Shown: positions 56,020-64,000 of the stretch, piece after piece
Position numbering within the stretch: the stretch's first letter is position 1
How the letters are laid out: every line of letters starts with the position of its first letter
Assembly: GCA_965221775.1 (NCBI GenBank)
Contig: CBDCSU010000006.1
Location: 2,240,001 to 2,304,000 of the forward strand
Reading direction: 5' to 3'
DNA from: Candidatus Latescibacterota bacterium
GTDB taxonomy: Bacteria > Latescibacterota > UBA2968 > UBA8231
Length of the DNA stretch: 64,000 nucleotides
Position numbers and translations under genes: made by a program
Notes under the pieces: model-generated
Told to the model about the DNA's origin: nothing
Seen by the model: only the letters and a program-made list of their open reading frames with translations
The model's database searches: none

Positions 56020-56031
56020 CCCCCGCGGGCA

Positions 56032-56841
56032 TTACCCGTAGAACTTCTCCACGAGCGCAGGTTCCTTGTCACCCACGGTGGCGGGATTCAGCGCCCCGGG
56101 CCCGAAGACGACGGGAAAAGTCATCCCCGTGTCGAGGGTTCGGGTGCCGGCCTCCATGTAGGTGACGCTGAAGGCGCGCCGCGGTTGGTCGGTGGGATTC
56201 GTCCCCGACCGGTGCAGCAGCAGATTGTGCAGCAGGACCGCCTCTCCCGCTTCGGCCTCGAGGTGCTCCACCTTGCCGGGGGGCGCGTAGCGGGCCTCCT
56301 CCTCGGCCGACAGGAAGTGCCGCTCGTTGATGACGCCGTGAAGGTGGCTCCCCGGGACGATCTCCATCGCCCCGTTGGCCGCTGTCGCCTCGTCGAGGGC
56401 CGTCCACACGGTGAGGATGGGATTGCGGTCGATCCCCCAGCCGGCCCCCACGTCCTGATGCCAGGGCAGGGTCTGCTCCCAGCGGGCCGGCTTGTTCATG
56501 AACATGGACCGGAAGACGGAGACGGCCTCGCCGATGTAGCGCCGGCAGATCCGCTGAAACAAGGGGTGCTGCATGTAGGCCAGGAACAGGGGATCCTGCT
56601 CCAGGTCGTCGATGCGCCGGTACGACAGGGTCGCCGCCTCGTTCCCCAGCGTCCTCCGCAGCTTCCCGGTACCGGCTTCGAAGAGCTGCATCCGCATGTT
56701 GGTATAGCGGATCCGCCCGAGCATGAGGTCGTCGATCCGGCGCTGCAGGCCGGCCAGCTCCTCCGGCGCCGCCACCTTGCCCAGGCGCAGGTACCCCCGG
56801 GCGAGGAAGCCTTCGTGGTGGGTGTCGTCGAAGACGTTCAC
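56032..56841 (-). CDS. phytanoyl-CoA dioxygenase (PhyH) family protein
   Basis: MNKP, WHQD, NGAMEIVPGSH, LLHRS, RRA. Confidence 0.88.
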   Translation of the reverse strand: MNVFDDTHHEGFLARGYLRLGKVAAPEELAGLQRRIDDLMLGRIRYTNMRMQLFEAGTGKLRRTLGNEAATLSYRRIDDLEQDPLFLAYMQHPLFQRICRRYIGEAVSVFRSMFMNKPARWEQTLPWHQDVGAGWGIDRNPILTVWTALDEATAANGAMEIVPGSHLHGVINERHFLSAEEEARYAPPGKVEHLEAEAGEAVLLHNLLLHRSGTNPTDQPRRAFSVTYMEAGTRTLDTGMTFPVVFGPGALNPATVGDKEPALVEKFYG

Positions 56842-56884
56842 CGGGAGGGGGATGCGGAAGCCGGCGCGGCGAGGGCGCGGCGGG

Positions 56885-57172
56885 TCATCGAGGCCGGTTG
56901 GATCCCCCGCTGATGGCCGGCAGGAAGTGGACCTCGCTCGATGCCCCCACCTGCCGGCGCATGCCCTCGGCCGACACCTCGCCATCGACGGAGACGGCGA
57001 TGTCGGGGCGGATCCGGTCCCTCTCCTCGTCGACGATGCGCTGGCGGAAGCCGGGGTACTGCGTCTCGAGGGATTCGATCACCTGGCGGACGGTCTCACC
57101 CGCCACCTCGACCTGCTGCCGCCCGCCCGTGAGCTTGTCACGCCAGGGCGTGGGCACCCATACGGTCGGCAC
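56885..57172 (-). CDS. MoaD/ThiS family ubiquitin-like sulfur carrier
   Basis: V.VP..., GETV...LE..YPG, EVHFLPAISGG followed by an SNRPR extension. Confidence 0.85.
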   Translation of the reverse strand: MPTVWVPTPWRDKLTGGRQQVEVAGETVRQVIESLETQYPGFRQRIVDEERDRIRPDIAVSVDGEVSAEGMRRQVGASSEVHFLPAISGGSNRPR

Positions 57173-57180
57173 GGATCGGC

Positions 57181-59493
57181 TCAGTCGCCCGCCGCCATGG
57201 AGATGGCGCCGGATCCGAGCCCCGCGGTGATGCGGTCCGGACGCATGGGCAACTCGTTGAGGGACACCCCGGTGGCGCTCTTGATCGCCGCCGCCAACGC
57301 CGCCGGCGGGGGAGCGATGGAGGCCTCGCCGACGCCGCGCACCCCGTAGGGATGCCCGGGATTGGGGACCTCGACGATGATCGTCTCGATCATCGGCAGG
57401 TCGAGGGTTGTGGGAATGCGGTAGTCGAGGAAGGTGGAGTTGGCCATCCGGCCGTCCTCGGTGTAGAAGTACTCCTCGTTGAGCCCCCATCCGATCCCCT
57501 GCACGCTGCCGCCCTGCATCTGGCCTTCCACGTAGCTGGGGTGGATGGCCTTGCCGGCGTCCTGGATCACGGTGAAGCGCAGCACCGTCGTCTTGCCGGT
57601 CTCCGGGTCGACCTCGACATCGGCGATATTGGCCGCGAAGGAGCCGCCCACCCCCGATTCGGGGTCCACCGACCCGCTGCCGACGACGGGGCCGCCGGTG
57701 TCGTCGATCTTGCCGGCAAGCTCGCGGAAGTGCATCGACTGGCTGCCGTCGGTGGTACGGAAGGCGCCGTCGGAGAACTCCACTTGGGCGGGATCGACCT
57801 CCCAGACCTTGGCGGCGCGCTCGATCATCTGGTCCTTCACGTCCTGGGCGGCCTCGTAGGCGGCCCAGCCGGTGGCGTAGGTGACGCGGCTGCCGCCGGT
57901 GACGTCGGTGTAGCCGATGGCGCTGGTGTCGCCCACGCTCGGGTTGATGTCCTCCGCCTCGAGACCGAGGGCCTCGGCGAACTGCATGGCCACCGAGGTA
58001 CGCGTGCCCCCGATATCGGTCGATCCCTCGACGAGCTGCACCGTGCCGTCGTTGTTGACGCTGGCCGTGACCGCCGACTTCAGGCCGACGTTGAACCAGT
58101 AGCCGAGGGCGATGCCGCGGCCCCGGTTCGGCCCTTCGAGGGTGGAGCGGTAGTGCTCGGAGTCGCGCAGGACCTCCAGGCACTCCCTGGCCCCGATGCG
58201 GGGATAGACGATGCCGTCGGAACGCCGGGTGCCCTCGACGGCGACGTTGTCGAGGCGGAACTCGACGGGGTCCTTGCCGAGCTTCTCGGCGAGCTCGTCC
58301 ATGGCCTTCTCCACGGCGAAGGCCACGTGGGTGGAGCCCGGGGCGCGGTAGGCGAAGGAGCGCGGCTTGTTGACGACCACGTCGAAGCTGTCGACCACGG
58401 CGTTGGGGAAGTCGTAGCAGGAGAAGACGCACATGGCGGCGGCGAAGACCGGTGAGCCGGGGTAGGCGCCGGCCTCGAAGGCGATCCAGGCCTCCCCGGC
58501 GGTGAGCTTGCCCGAGGTGTCGGCGCCGATCTTCACGCGCACGCAGGATCCCGGTGTGGGCCCCGTGCCCTCGAAGCAGTCGGCGCGGGTCATGATGATC
58601 TTCACCGGCTGGCCGGTCTCGCGCGACAGCAGGGCGGCGGCGGGCTCGAGGTAGCTGGGGATCTTGCCGCCGAAGCCGCCGCCGATCTCCTGGGGCACGA
58701 CGCGGACCTTGCCGACGGGCAGGCCGAGAATGGCGGCGATCTGCTTCTGGGCGGTGAAGGCGCCCTGGGTGCTGGTCCAGACGGTGAGATGTCCGTCCGG
58801 GCTCCAGGTGGCGGTGCCGTTGTGGGGCTCGATGTAGCCCTGGTGCACCGTCGCCGTGTGAACCTCGGCCTCGGCGGTGACGGCGGCCTCCTCGAAGCCC
58901 CTGGCCAGGTCGCCGAGCTCGTGGCGCATGTGCGAGGCGATGTTGCTGCGGCGGCCCGTGTCCTCGCCGAACTGCTGGGTCGTCATGTCCTCGTGCAGCA
59001 TCGGCGCGTCGTCGCGCATGGCGTCGAGGACGTCCACCGCCGGCGGCAGCACCTCGTAGTCGACCTCGATCAGGGCCAGGGCTTCCTCGGCGGCGTGCAG
59101 GGTGGTGGCCGCCACGGCCGCCACGGCATGGCCGCGGTAGAGCGCCTTGTCGGTGGCGAGCACGTTGTCGCGCATGTGCTTGATGCGCGCCGGGCCCTCG
59201 CCGAGGTCGACGATCTCGTCGTCCGAGGCCGGAGCCGGCAGGTCGGCGCCGGTGACGACGGCGCGCACGCCGGGCACCTGCGCGGCGCGGCTGGTGTCGA
59301 TGGAACGGATGCGGGCGTGGGCGTGCGGAGAGCGGAGCACCTGCCCGTAGAGCAGTCCCGGAAGGCGCACGTCGCCGCCGTAGACGGCTCGGCCAGTGAC
59401 CTTGTCGGTGCCGTCGTGGCGGATCGGACGCGTGCCGATCACGTTGTACTGCCGGTCGCCGAAATCGCGGATCTTGCCGTTGCCGTCAGCCAT
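57181..59493 (-). CDS. xanthine dehydrogenase family molybdopterin-binding subunit
   Basis: KVTG, RSPHAHA, GGGFGGK, AYRAPG, GGSR, EGQMQGG, GVGE. Confidence 0.93.
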   Translation of the reverse strand: MADGNGKIRDFGDRQYNVIGTRPIRHDGTDKVTGRAVYGGDVRLPGLLYGQVLRSPHAHARIRSIDTSRAAQVPGVRAVVTGADLPAPASDDEIVDLGEGPARIKHMRDNVLATDKALYRGHAVAAVAATTLHAAEEALALIEVDYEVLPPAVDVLDAMRDDAPMLHEDMTTQQFGEDTGRRSNIASHMRHELGDLARGFEEAAVTAEAEVHTATVHQGYIEPHNGTATWSPDGHLTVWTSTQGAFTAQKQIAAILGLPVGKVRVVPQEIGGGFGGKIPSYLEPAAALLSRETGQPVKIIMTRADCFEGTGPTPGSCVRVKIGADTSGKLTAGEAWIAFEAGAYPGSPVFAAAMCVFSCYDFPNAVVDSFDVVVNKPRSFAYRAPGSTHVAFAVEKAMDELAEKLGKDPVEFRLDNVAVEGTRRSDGIVYPRIGARECLEVLRDSEHYRSTLEGPNRGRGIALGYWFNVGLKSAVTASVNNDGTVQLVEGSTDIGGTRTSVAMQFAEALGLEAEDINPSVGDTSAIGYTDVTGGSRVTYATGWAAYEAAQDVKDQMIERAAKVWEVDPAQVEFSDGAFRTTDGSQSMHFRELAGKIDDTGGPVVGSGSVDPESGVGGSFAANIADVEVDPETGKTTVLRFTVIQDAGKAIHPSYVEGQMQGGSVQGIGWGLNEEYFYTEDGRMANSTFLDYRIPTTLDLPMIETIIVEVPNPGHPYGVRGVGEASIAPPPAALAAAIKSATGVSLNELPMRPDRITAGLGSGAISMAAGD

Positions 59494-59561
59494 GGGTCAT
59501 TCCCCCGATTGCCAGGTAGGCAGCAAGCGGCGCCGGATCCTCCCGGGGATCCAGCGCCGGT

Positions 59562-60032
59562 TCAGTCGCTCTGATCCGCCGCGTCGAGAACGGCGCGGAC
59601 GATCTTGTCGTAGCCGGTGCAGCGGCAGAGGTTGCCCGCCAGCCAGTGGCGCACATCGTGCTCGCTCGGATTCGGATTGACGTCGAGGAGGGCCTTGCTC
59701 GCCACCAGGAACCCCGGCGTGCAGATGCCGCACTGGAGGCTGGCGTGCTCCAGGAACTTCCGCTGCAGCGGATGCAGTCCCTCGGCGCTGGCCAGTCCCT
59801 CGACGGTGGTGACCTCGGACCCATCCACCTCGGCCGCCAGGACCAGGCAGGAATCGACGAGCACGCCGTCGACCATGACGCTGCAGGCGCCGCAGTTGCC
59901 GTCGTTGCACCCTTCCTTGGTGCCGGTGAAGCCGAGATCCTCGCGCAGGACCTCCAGCAGGCTCTGGCGGGCCTCGCAGAGGAACTCCTCGGACTCCCCG
60001 TTGATCGTGCAGGAGACGTGTATCTTGCTCAT
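59562..60032 (-). CDS. (2Fe-2S)-binding subunit (CoxS/XdhC type)
   Basis: GTKEGC..G.CGAC, QCGICTPG, NLCRCTGY. Confidence 0.93.
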   Translation of the reverse strand: MSKIHVSCTINGESEEFLCEARQSLLEVLREDLGFTGTKEGCNDGNCGACSVMVDGVLVDSCLVLAAEVDGSEVTTVEGLASAEGLHPLQRKFLEHASLQCGICTPGFLVASKALLDVNPNPSEHDVRHWLAGNLCRCTGYDKIVRAVLDAADQSD

Positions 60033-60061
60033 GTCTTGTGTGGTCCTCTCGGTCGGTCGGG

Positions 60062-60985
60062 TTACAGCGAGTACGCGGGATGGCCGTTTTCCTGCACGGC
60101 GTTGGGAACGAACTGACCTCGGGCGCGCTTGACCGCCCCGACCAGGGCGCGCCGGGTCAGGACCCCCACCAGGTGGGTGCGGTACTCGGCGGGCCCGCGC
60201 ATGTCGGAGATCGGGCGGGCCACGGCCTTGGCCGCCTCGCCGGCGGCGGCGATCGACTCTTCGGTCACCGGCTGCCCCTCGAGGCTGGCGCCGGCGGCGT
60301 CGGCGGAGAGCGGCGTCGGAGCCACCGCGCCGAGGGCGATGCGCACCTTCCTGAAGGTCTGCCCCCGCCCCCGGCCGGCCAGCTCGACGTAGGCCCCGGC
60401 GCCGACGACGGCGATGTCCATCTCGTTGCGGGGGATGAAGCGGAGGTAGTGGGCGCCGGAGTTCTTGCGGTTGAGGGGAACCTGGATCCCCACGAGCAAC
60501 TCCCCGGGCTGCAGCACGCTCTGCCCCGGGGCGGTGCAGAAGTCCTTGACCAGGACCCGGCGGCGGCCGTCGGGCCCGGCGATCTCGGCGCGGGCGCCGT
60601 AGGCGATCAGCGCGGGGATCGTGTCGGCGCTCGGCGAGGCGTTGCACAGATTGCCGCCGAAGGTCGCCCGCCCCTGGATCTGGATGCCGCCGATGATCGC
60701 CGCCGCGTCGACGATGCCGGGGTAGCGCTCGGCGATCTCGGCGTCGCCGTAGATGCGGTGGCAGGGGACGGCGGCGCCGATCCTCAGGCCCGCGCGCGGG
60801 CTGAGGCGCAGCTCGTTGAGCTCGGGCACCTTCTTGACGTCGACGACACGCTCGGGCTGCAGGCGGCGAATCCGCATCTGCACGATGAGGTCGGTGCCTC
60901 CCGCCAGCGGCCGGGCGTTGTCGTGGGAGAGCAGTTTCACCGCCTCGCGCAGGGTCTCGGGGGCGGCGTATTCGAAGTCCTTCAA
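60062..60985 (-). CDS. FAD-binding subunit (CoxM/XdhB type)
   Basis: AGGTDL, ATFGGNLCNASPSAD, PISDMRG..EYR. Confidence 0.92.
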   Translation of the reverse strand: MKDFEYAAPETLREAVKLLSHDNARPLAGGTDLIVQMRIRRLQPERVVDVKKVPELNELRLSPRAGLRIGAAVPCHRIYGDAEIAERYPGIVDAAAIIGGIQIQGRATFGGNLCNASPSADTIPALIAYGARAEIAGPDGRRRVLVKDFCTAPGQSVLQPGELLVGIQVPLNRKNSGAHYLRFIPRNEMDIAVVGAGAYVELAGRGRGQTFRKVRIALGAVAPTPLSADAAGASLEGQPVTEESIAAAGEAAKAVARPISDMRGPAEYRTHLVGVLTRRALVGAVKRARGQFVPNAVQENGHPAYSL

Positions 60986-61091
60986 GAGTCGGCTCCCTCG
61001 TCTCCCGGGTCGCCTGCGGCCCTCGGATCAAAGGGCCGGCACCGGCGACTCTCGGCTTGATGGCACTTATGGTATTGATGCAGGGGCGGGA

Positions 61092-61119
61092 AAGATACCC
61101 GGCCGGATGGGCCTGTCAA
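61092..61119 (-). promoter_or_regulatory. sigma70-type promoter of the molybdenum hydroxylase operon
   Basis: TTGACA (61119-61114), 16-nt spacer, TATCTT (61097-61092). Confidence 0.5.
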
Positions 61120-61155
61120 CAAGACCGGAGGTCTCGCTGGGCAGTCGCTTCCGGC

Positions 61156-64000
61156 TCACATCGCGGCTGCCTTGGAGGCCTCTTCCGGGGGCCCGCGCAG
61201 GCGCGCCCAGCCTTCGAGGAGGAGGTCCAGAAGCTTCATGCCGGCGGGTACCCCGATCAGGATGATCACCGTCGCGAAGAGGATGCCGAAGGCGAGGCTG
61301 ACGGCCATGGGGATCAGGAACTGGGCCTGCAGGCTCCGCTCGAGGATCATGGGCAGCAGGGCGAAGAAGGTCGTGGCCGAGGTCAGCAGGATCGGCCGGA
61401 AGCGCTGGCGTCCGGCCTCGACGAGGGCCTCCTCCCGGGGGCGTCCGGCGGCGCGCAGCTGGTTGTAGAACGCCAGCAGGATCAGGGAGTCGTTGACGAC
61501 CACGCCGGAGAGGGCGACGACGCCGAAGAGGCTCAGCATGGCCAGGTCGAGGCCCATCAGCACGTGACCCCACACGGCCCCGATCATGCCGAAGGGGATG
61601 GCGCTCATGACGACCAGGGGCTGGGTGTAGGACCGGAAGGGAATCGCCAGCAGGGCGTAGATGGCGACCAGGGCGACGAGGAAGCCGCGGCCGAGACTGG
61701 CGAAGGACTCGGCCTGCTCTCGCTGCTCCCCCTCGTAGCTGTAGCGCAGTCCCGGGAACTCCCGGGCCAGGAGGGGCAGAAAGCGCTCCTGGAGATCCCG
61801 GTTGATCTCGTCCGCATTGGCCACGCCGGCGTCGACGCCGGCGGTGACGGTCACCACCCGCCGGCCGCCGCTGCGCTGGAGAGTGGAGTACCCGTAGTCG
61901 AGGCTCACGTCGGCGACATAGGGCAGGGGCACCTGGCCGCCGGACGGGGTCCGAACGCGCATGCCCTCGATGTCGGCCGGGTTGCGCCGCTCGGCCTCCG
62001 GATAGCGGACCACCACGCGGGCGTCGTCGCTTCCGCGCTGCAGGCGCAGGGCCTCGGCGCCGTAGAACCCGTGGCGCACCTGGGTCGCCAGGTCGGCCAT
62101 GGTCAGGCCGAGGACGCGGCCCCGGGGCTTGAGATCGAGGCGCATCTCGAGCTTCCCCTCCTGGAAACTGTCGCGGATCTCCTCGGTGCCCGGGTAGCCG
62201 CCGATCTCCTCCTTCAGCCGCTCCGCCCCCGCCGCGAGCAGGTCGAGATCCTCGGCGGAGAGCTGGATCTCGATGGCGTTGCCCACCGTGAACAGGCTCG
62301 ACCGGTAGACCACGGACTCGGGCCCGGGCAGGGGGCCGACGGCGGAGCGGATACGGGTGACGATCCCGGTGCTGGTCAGCCGACGCTCTTCGGCGGGCAG
62401 CAGCTCGATGGTGATCTCCGCCAGGTGGGCCTGGCCGCCCAGGCCGCCGACGGCGTCGAAGGCGGTGCGCCGGAGCATGGGCTGGTCGCCGATGATGCTG
62501 AAGAGGTTGCGGTAGATCGACGGCTCCTCCGGCTGGCGCGCGTCGATCTCGTCGCGCACTCCCATGGCCGCGGTCTCGATGCGCCGCACCACGTCCCGCG
62601 TCTGCCCGGCGGTGGAGCCCTGGGGCATCTCGACGGCGATGGTGACCCAGTCCGAGTCGATCTCCGGCATGAAGACGAACTTGATGTGGCCGCCGGCGAT
62701 GTATCCCGCGGTGGCCAGCAACAGGGAGAGGCCGGTGGCGATGGTGACGAAGGGACTGACGAGGGCCCGCCGCACGGCCGGGGTGTAGCCGCGCTCGATC
62801 ACCCACCGCAGGCCGGCGTTGACGCGTTCCGAGATGCGCCGGTGAAGCCGCACGGTCCCCGAGAGGGCCGATCCGAGGATGCGGGACGGGAGGCCGGGCG
62901 CCATGGAGAGGTGGGCGGGCAGGATGTAGAGGGCCTCCACCAGGGAGAGGAGGAGCACGGAGATGACGATGACCGGGATGACGACGATGAACTTGCCCAT
63001 GTTCCCCTCGACGAAGGCGAGGGGGAGGAAGGCGGCCACCGAGGTCAGGATGGTGAAGACCACCGGTTTGCCGACCTCCAGGGTGCCGTCCACGGCGGCC
63101 TGCACCCGTCCCTTCCCGAGTTCGCGGTGGGAGAAGATGTTCTCGCCCACCACGACGGCGTCGTCGACGACGATGCCGAGAGCGAGGATGAAGGCGAAGA
63201 GGGAGAGCATGTTGATCGACACGTCGAAGGGCTCGATGAGCAGGAAGCTGCCCAGGAAGGAGATGGGGATGCCCATCATCACCCAGAAGGCCAGGCGCAT
63301 GTCGAGGAACAGGCTCAGGCAGACGAAGACCAGGGCCAGTCCGAGTTGAGCGTTGCGCAGCAGCAGGTCCAGCCGGCTGCGCAGGAGCCGCGCGTCGTCG
63401 CGGACGTAGCTGATGTCGATGCCGGCCGGCAGGATTCCCCTCCGGTCCTCGACGTATTCCCTGACGTGCCTGGAGATCTCGAGGGCGCTCTCGTCGCCGG
63501 TGCGGTAGACGCCGACCACGGCCGCCGGCCGTCCCTGGAACCGGCAGATCAGGTCGCTGTCCTCGAAGCCGTCGACGACGCGCCCGATGTGGCCCACGGT
63601 CAGCGATGTTCCGTCGGGCCGAGTCTGCACGACGACGCCGTCGTACTCGCGTCCGTCGTAGAGCAGGCCCTTGGTGCGCACGAGCACCTCGCCCCGCTCT
63701 CCCTTCACGCTGCCGCCGGGCAGGTCGAGGCTGGTGCGCCGCACGGCTTCGGCCACGGCGCCGAGGGTGAGCCCGTGGCGCTGCAGGGCCGCCTCGGGGA
63801 CCTCGATGGCGATCTCGTCGGTGCGCACGCCCACCAGTTCCACCTGTGACACCTTGCCGGAGAGGCGCAGATCGTCGCGCACGCCCTCGGCGGCGGCCTT
63901 CAGGGCGCGCTCCGGCACTTCGCCGAAGAGGACGACGTCGATGACCCGGGTGCGCCGCACCAGCTCCTTGATGACCGGTTTCTCGGTCTCGGCGGGAAGA
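61156..64000 (-). CDS. RND efflux permease (AcrB/AcrD/AcrF family), 5' end outside the window
   Basis: LGIVVDDAVVVGENI, GVVVNDSL, RFRPILLTS, LIPMAVSLAFG. Confidence 0.93.
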   Translation of the reverse strand, partial: LPAETEKPVIKELVRRTRVIDVVLFGEVPERALKAAAEGVRDDLRLSGKVSQVELVGVRTDEIAIEVPEAALQRHGLTLGAVAEAVRRTSLDLPGGSVKGERGEVLVRTKGLLYDGREYDGVVVQTRPDGTSLTVGHIGRVVDGFEDSDLICRFQGRPAAVVGVYRTGDESALEISRHVREYVEDRRGILPAGIDISYVRDDARLLRSRLDLLLRNAQLGLALVFVCLSLFLDMRLAFWVMMGIPISFLGSFLLIEPFDVSINMLSLFAFILALGIVVDDAVVVGENIFSHRELGKGRVQAAVDGTLEVGKPVVFTILTSVAAFLPLAFVEGNMGKFIVVIPVIVISVLLLSLVEALYILPAHLSMAPGLPSRILGSALSGTVRLHRRISERVNAGLRWVIERGYTPAVRRALVSPFVTIATGLSLLLATAGYIAGGHIKFVFMPEIDSDWVTIAVEMPQGSTAGQTRDVVRRIETAAMGVRDEIDARQPEEPSIYRNLFSIIGDQPMLRRTAFDAVGGLGGQAHLAEITIELLPAEERRLTSTGIVTRIRSAVGPLPGPESVVYRSSLFTVGNAIEIQLSAEDLDLLAAGAERLKEEIGGYPGTEEIRDSFQEGKLEMRLDLKPRGRVLGLTMADLATQVRHGFYGAEALRLQRGSDDARVVVRYPEAERRNPADIEGMRVRTPSGGQVPLPYVADVSLDYGYSTLQRSGGRRVVTVTAGVDAGVANADEINRDLQERFLPLLAREFPGLRYSYEGEQREQAESFASLGRGFLVALVAIYALLAIPFRSYTQPLVVMSAIPFGMIGAVWGHVLMGLDLAMLSLFGVVALSGVVVNDSLILLAFYNQLRAAGRPREEALVEAGRQRFRPILLTSATTFFALLPMILERSLQAQFLIPMAVSLAFGILFATVIILIGVPAGMKLLDLLLEGWARLRGPPEEASKAAAM

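Noticed and set aside
57181-59493. Aerobic CO dehydrogenase (coxL)
   Set aside because: Active-site loop is AYRAPG, not AYRCSFR, and no coxDEFG accessory genes are present
60990-61050. Hairpin in the 5' UTR of the Mo-hydroxylase operon as a Moco riboswitch
   Set aside because: Single stem-loop without recognisable Moco RNA motif elements

Overview
High-GC bacterial chromosomal window, densely coding with about 56 genes; most other ORFs in the supplied track are GC shadow ORFs. FlgD/T9SS-like 'NxPNPFN' and 'WGxIK' C-terminal tails, a TonB-dependent receptor, WD40/kelch/LamG proteins and three PhyH dioxygenases suggest an FCB-group diderm such as Latescibacterota or Gemmatimonadota, possibly a marine invertebrate symbiont (inference only). 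Recognisable housekeeping genes are kbl, murD, modABC, argC (with an ARG-box-like AT-rich operator), tatD, ugd, rfbB, dut, a xanthine-dehydrogenase-family operon and a partial RND permease. A lower-GC islet (~21.9-23.6 kb) carries a VapB45/VapC45-type toxin-antitoxin pair and a decayed IS3 integrase fragment. The most intriguing unexplained element is at 41.5-42.4 kb: a sigma70-like promoter, a ~410-nt highly structured minus-strand RNA, an intrinsic terminator with a candidate antiterminator, and then a 60-aa HTH gene, all upstream of a tandem zinc-ribbon ABC transporter/DUF1854/RraA operon. Other oddities are an RluA homologue lacking the catalytic Asp, a MoaD with a blocked GG terminus, MFS-GNAT and YbjT-hydrolase fusions, and a GIY-YIG/zinc-ribbon gene between two methyltransferases. 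No rRNA, tRNA or CRISPR array was seen.
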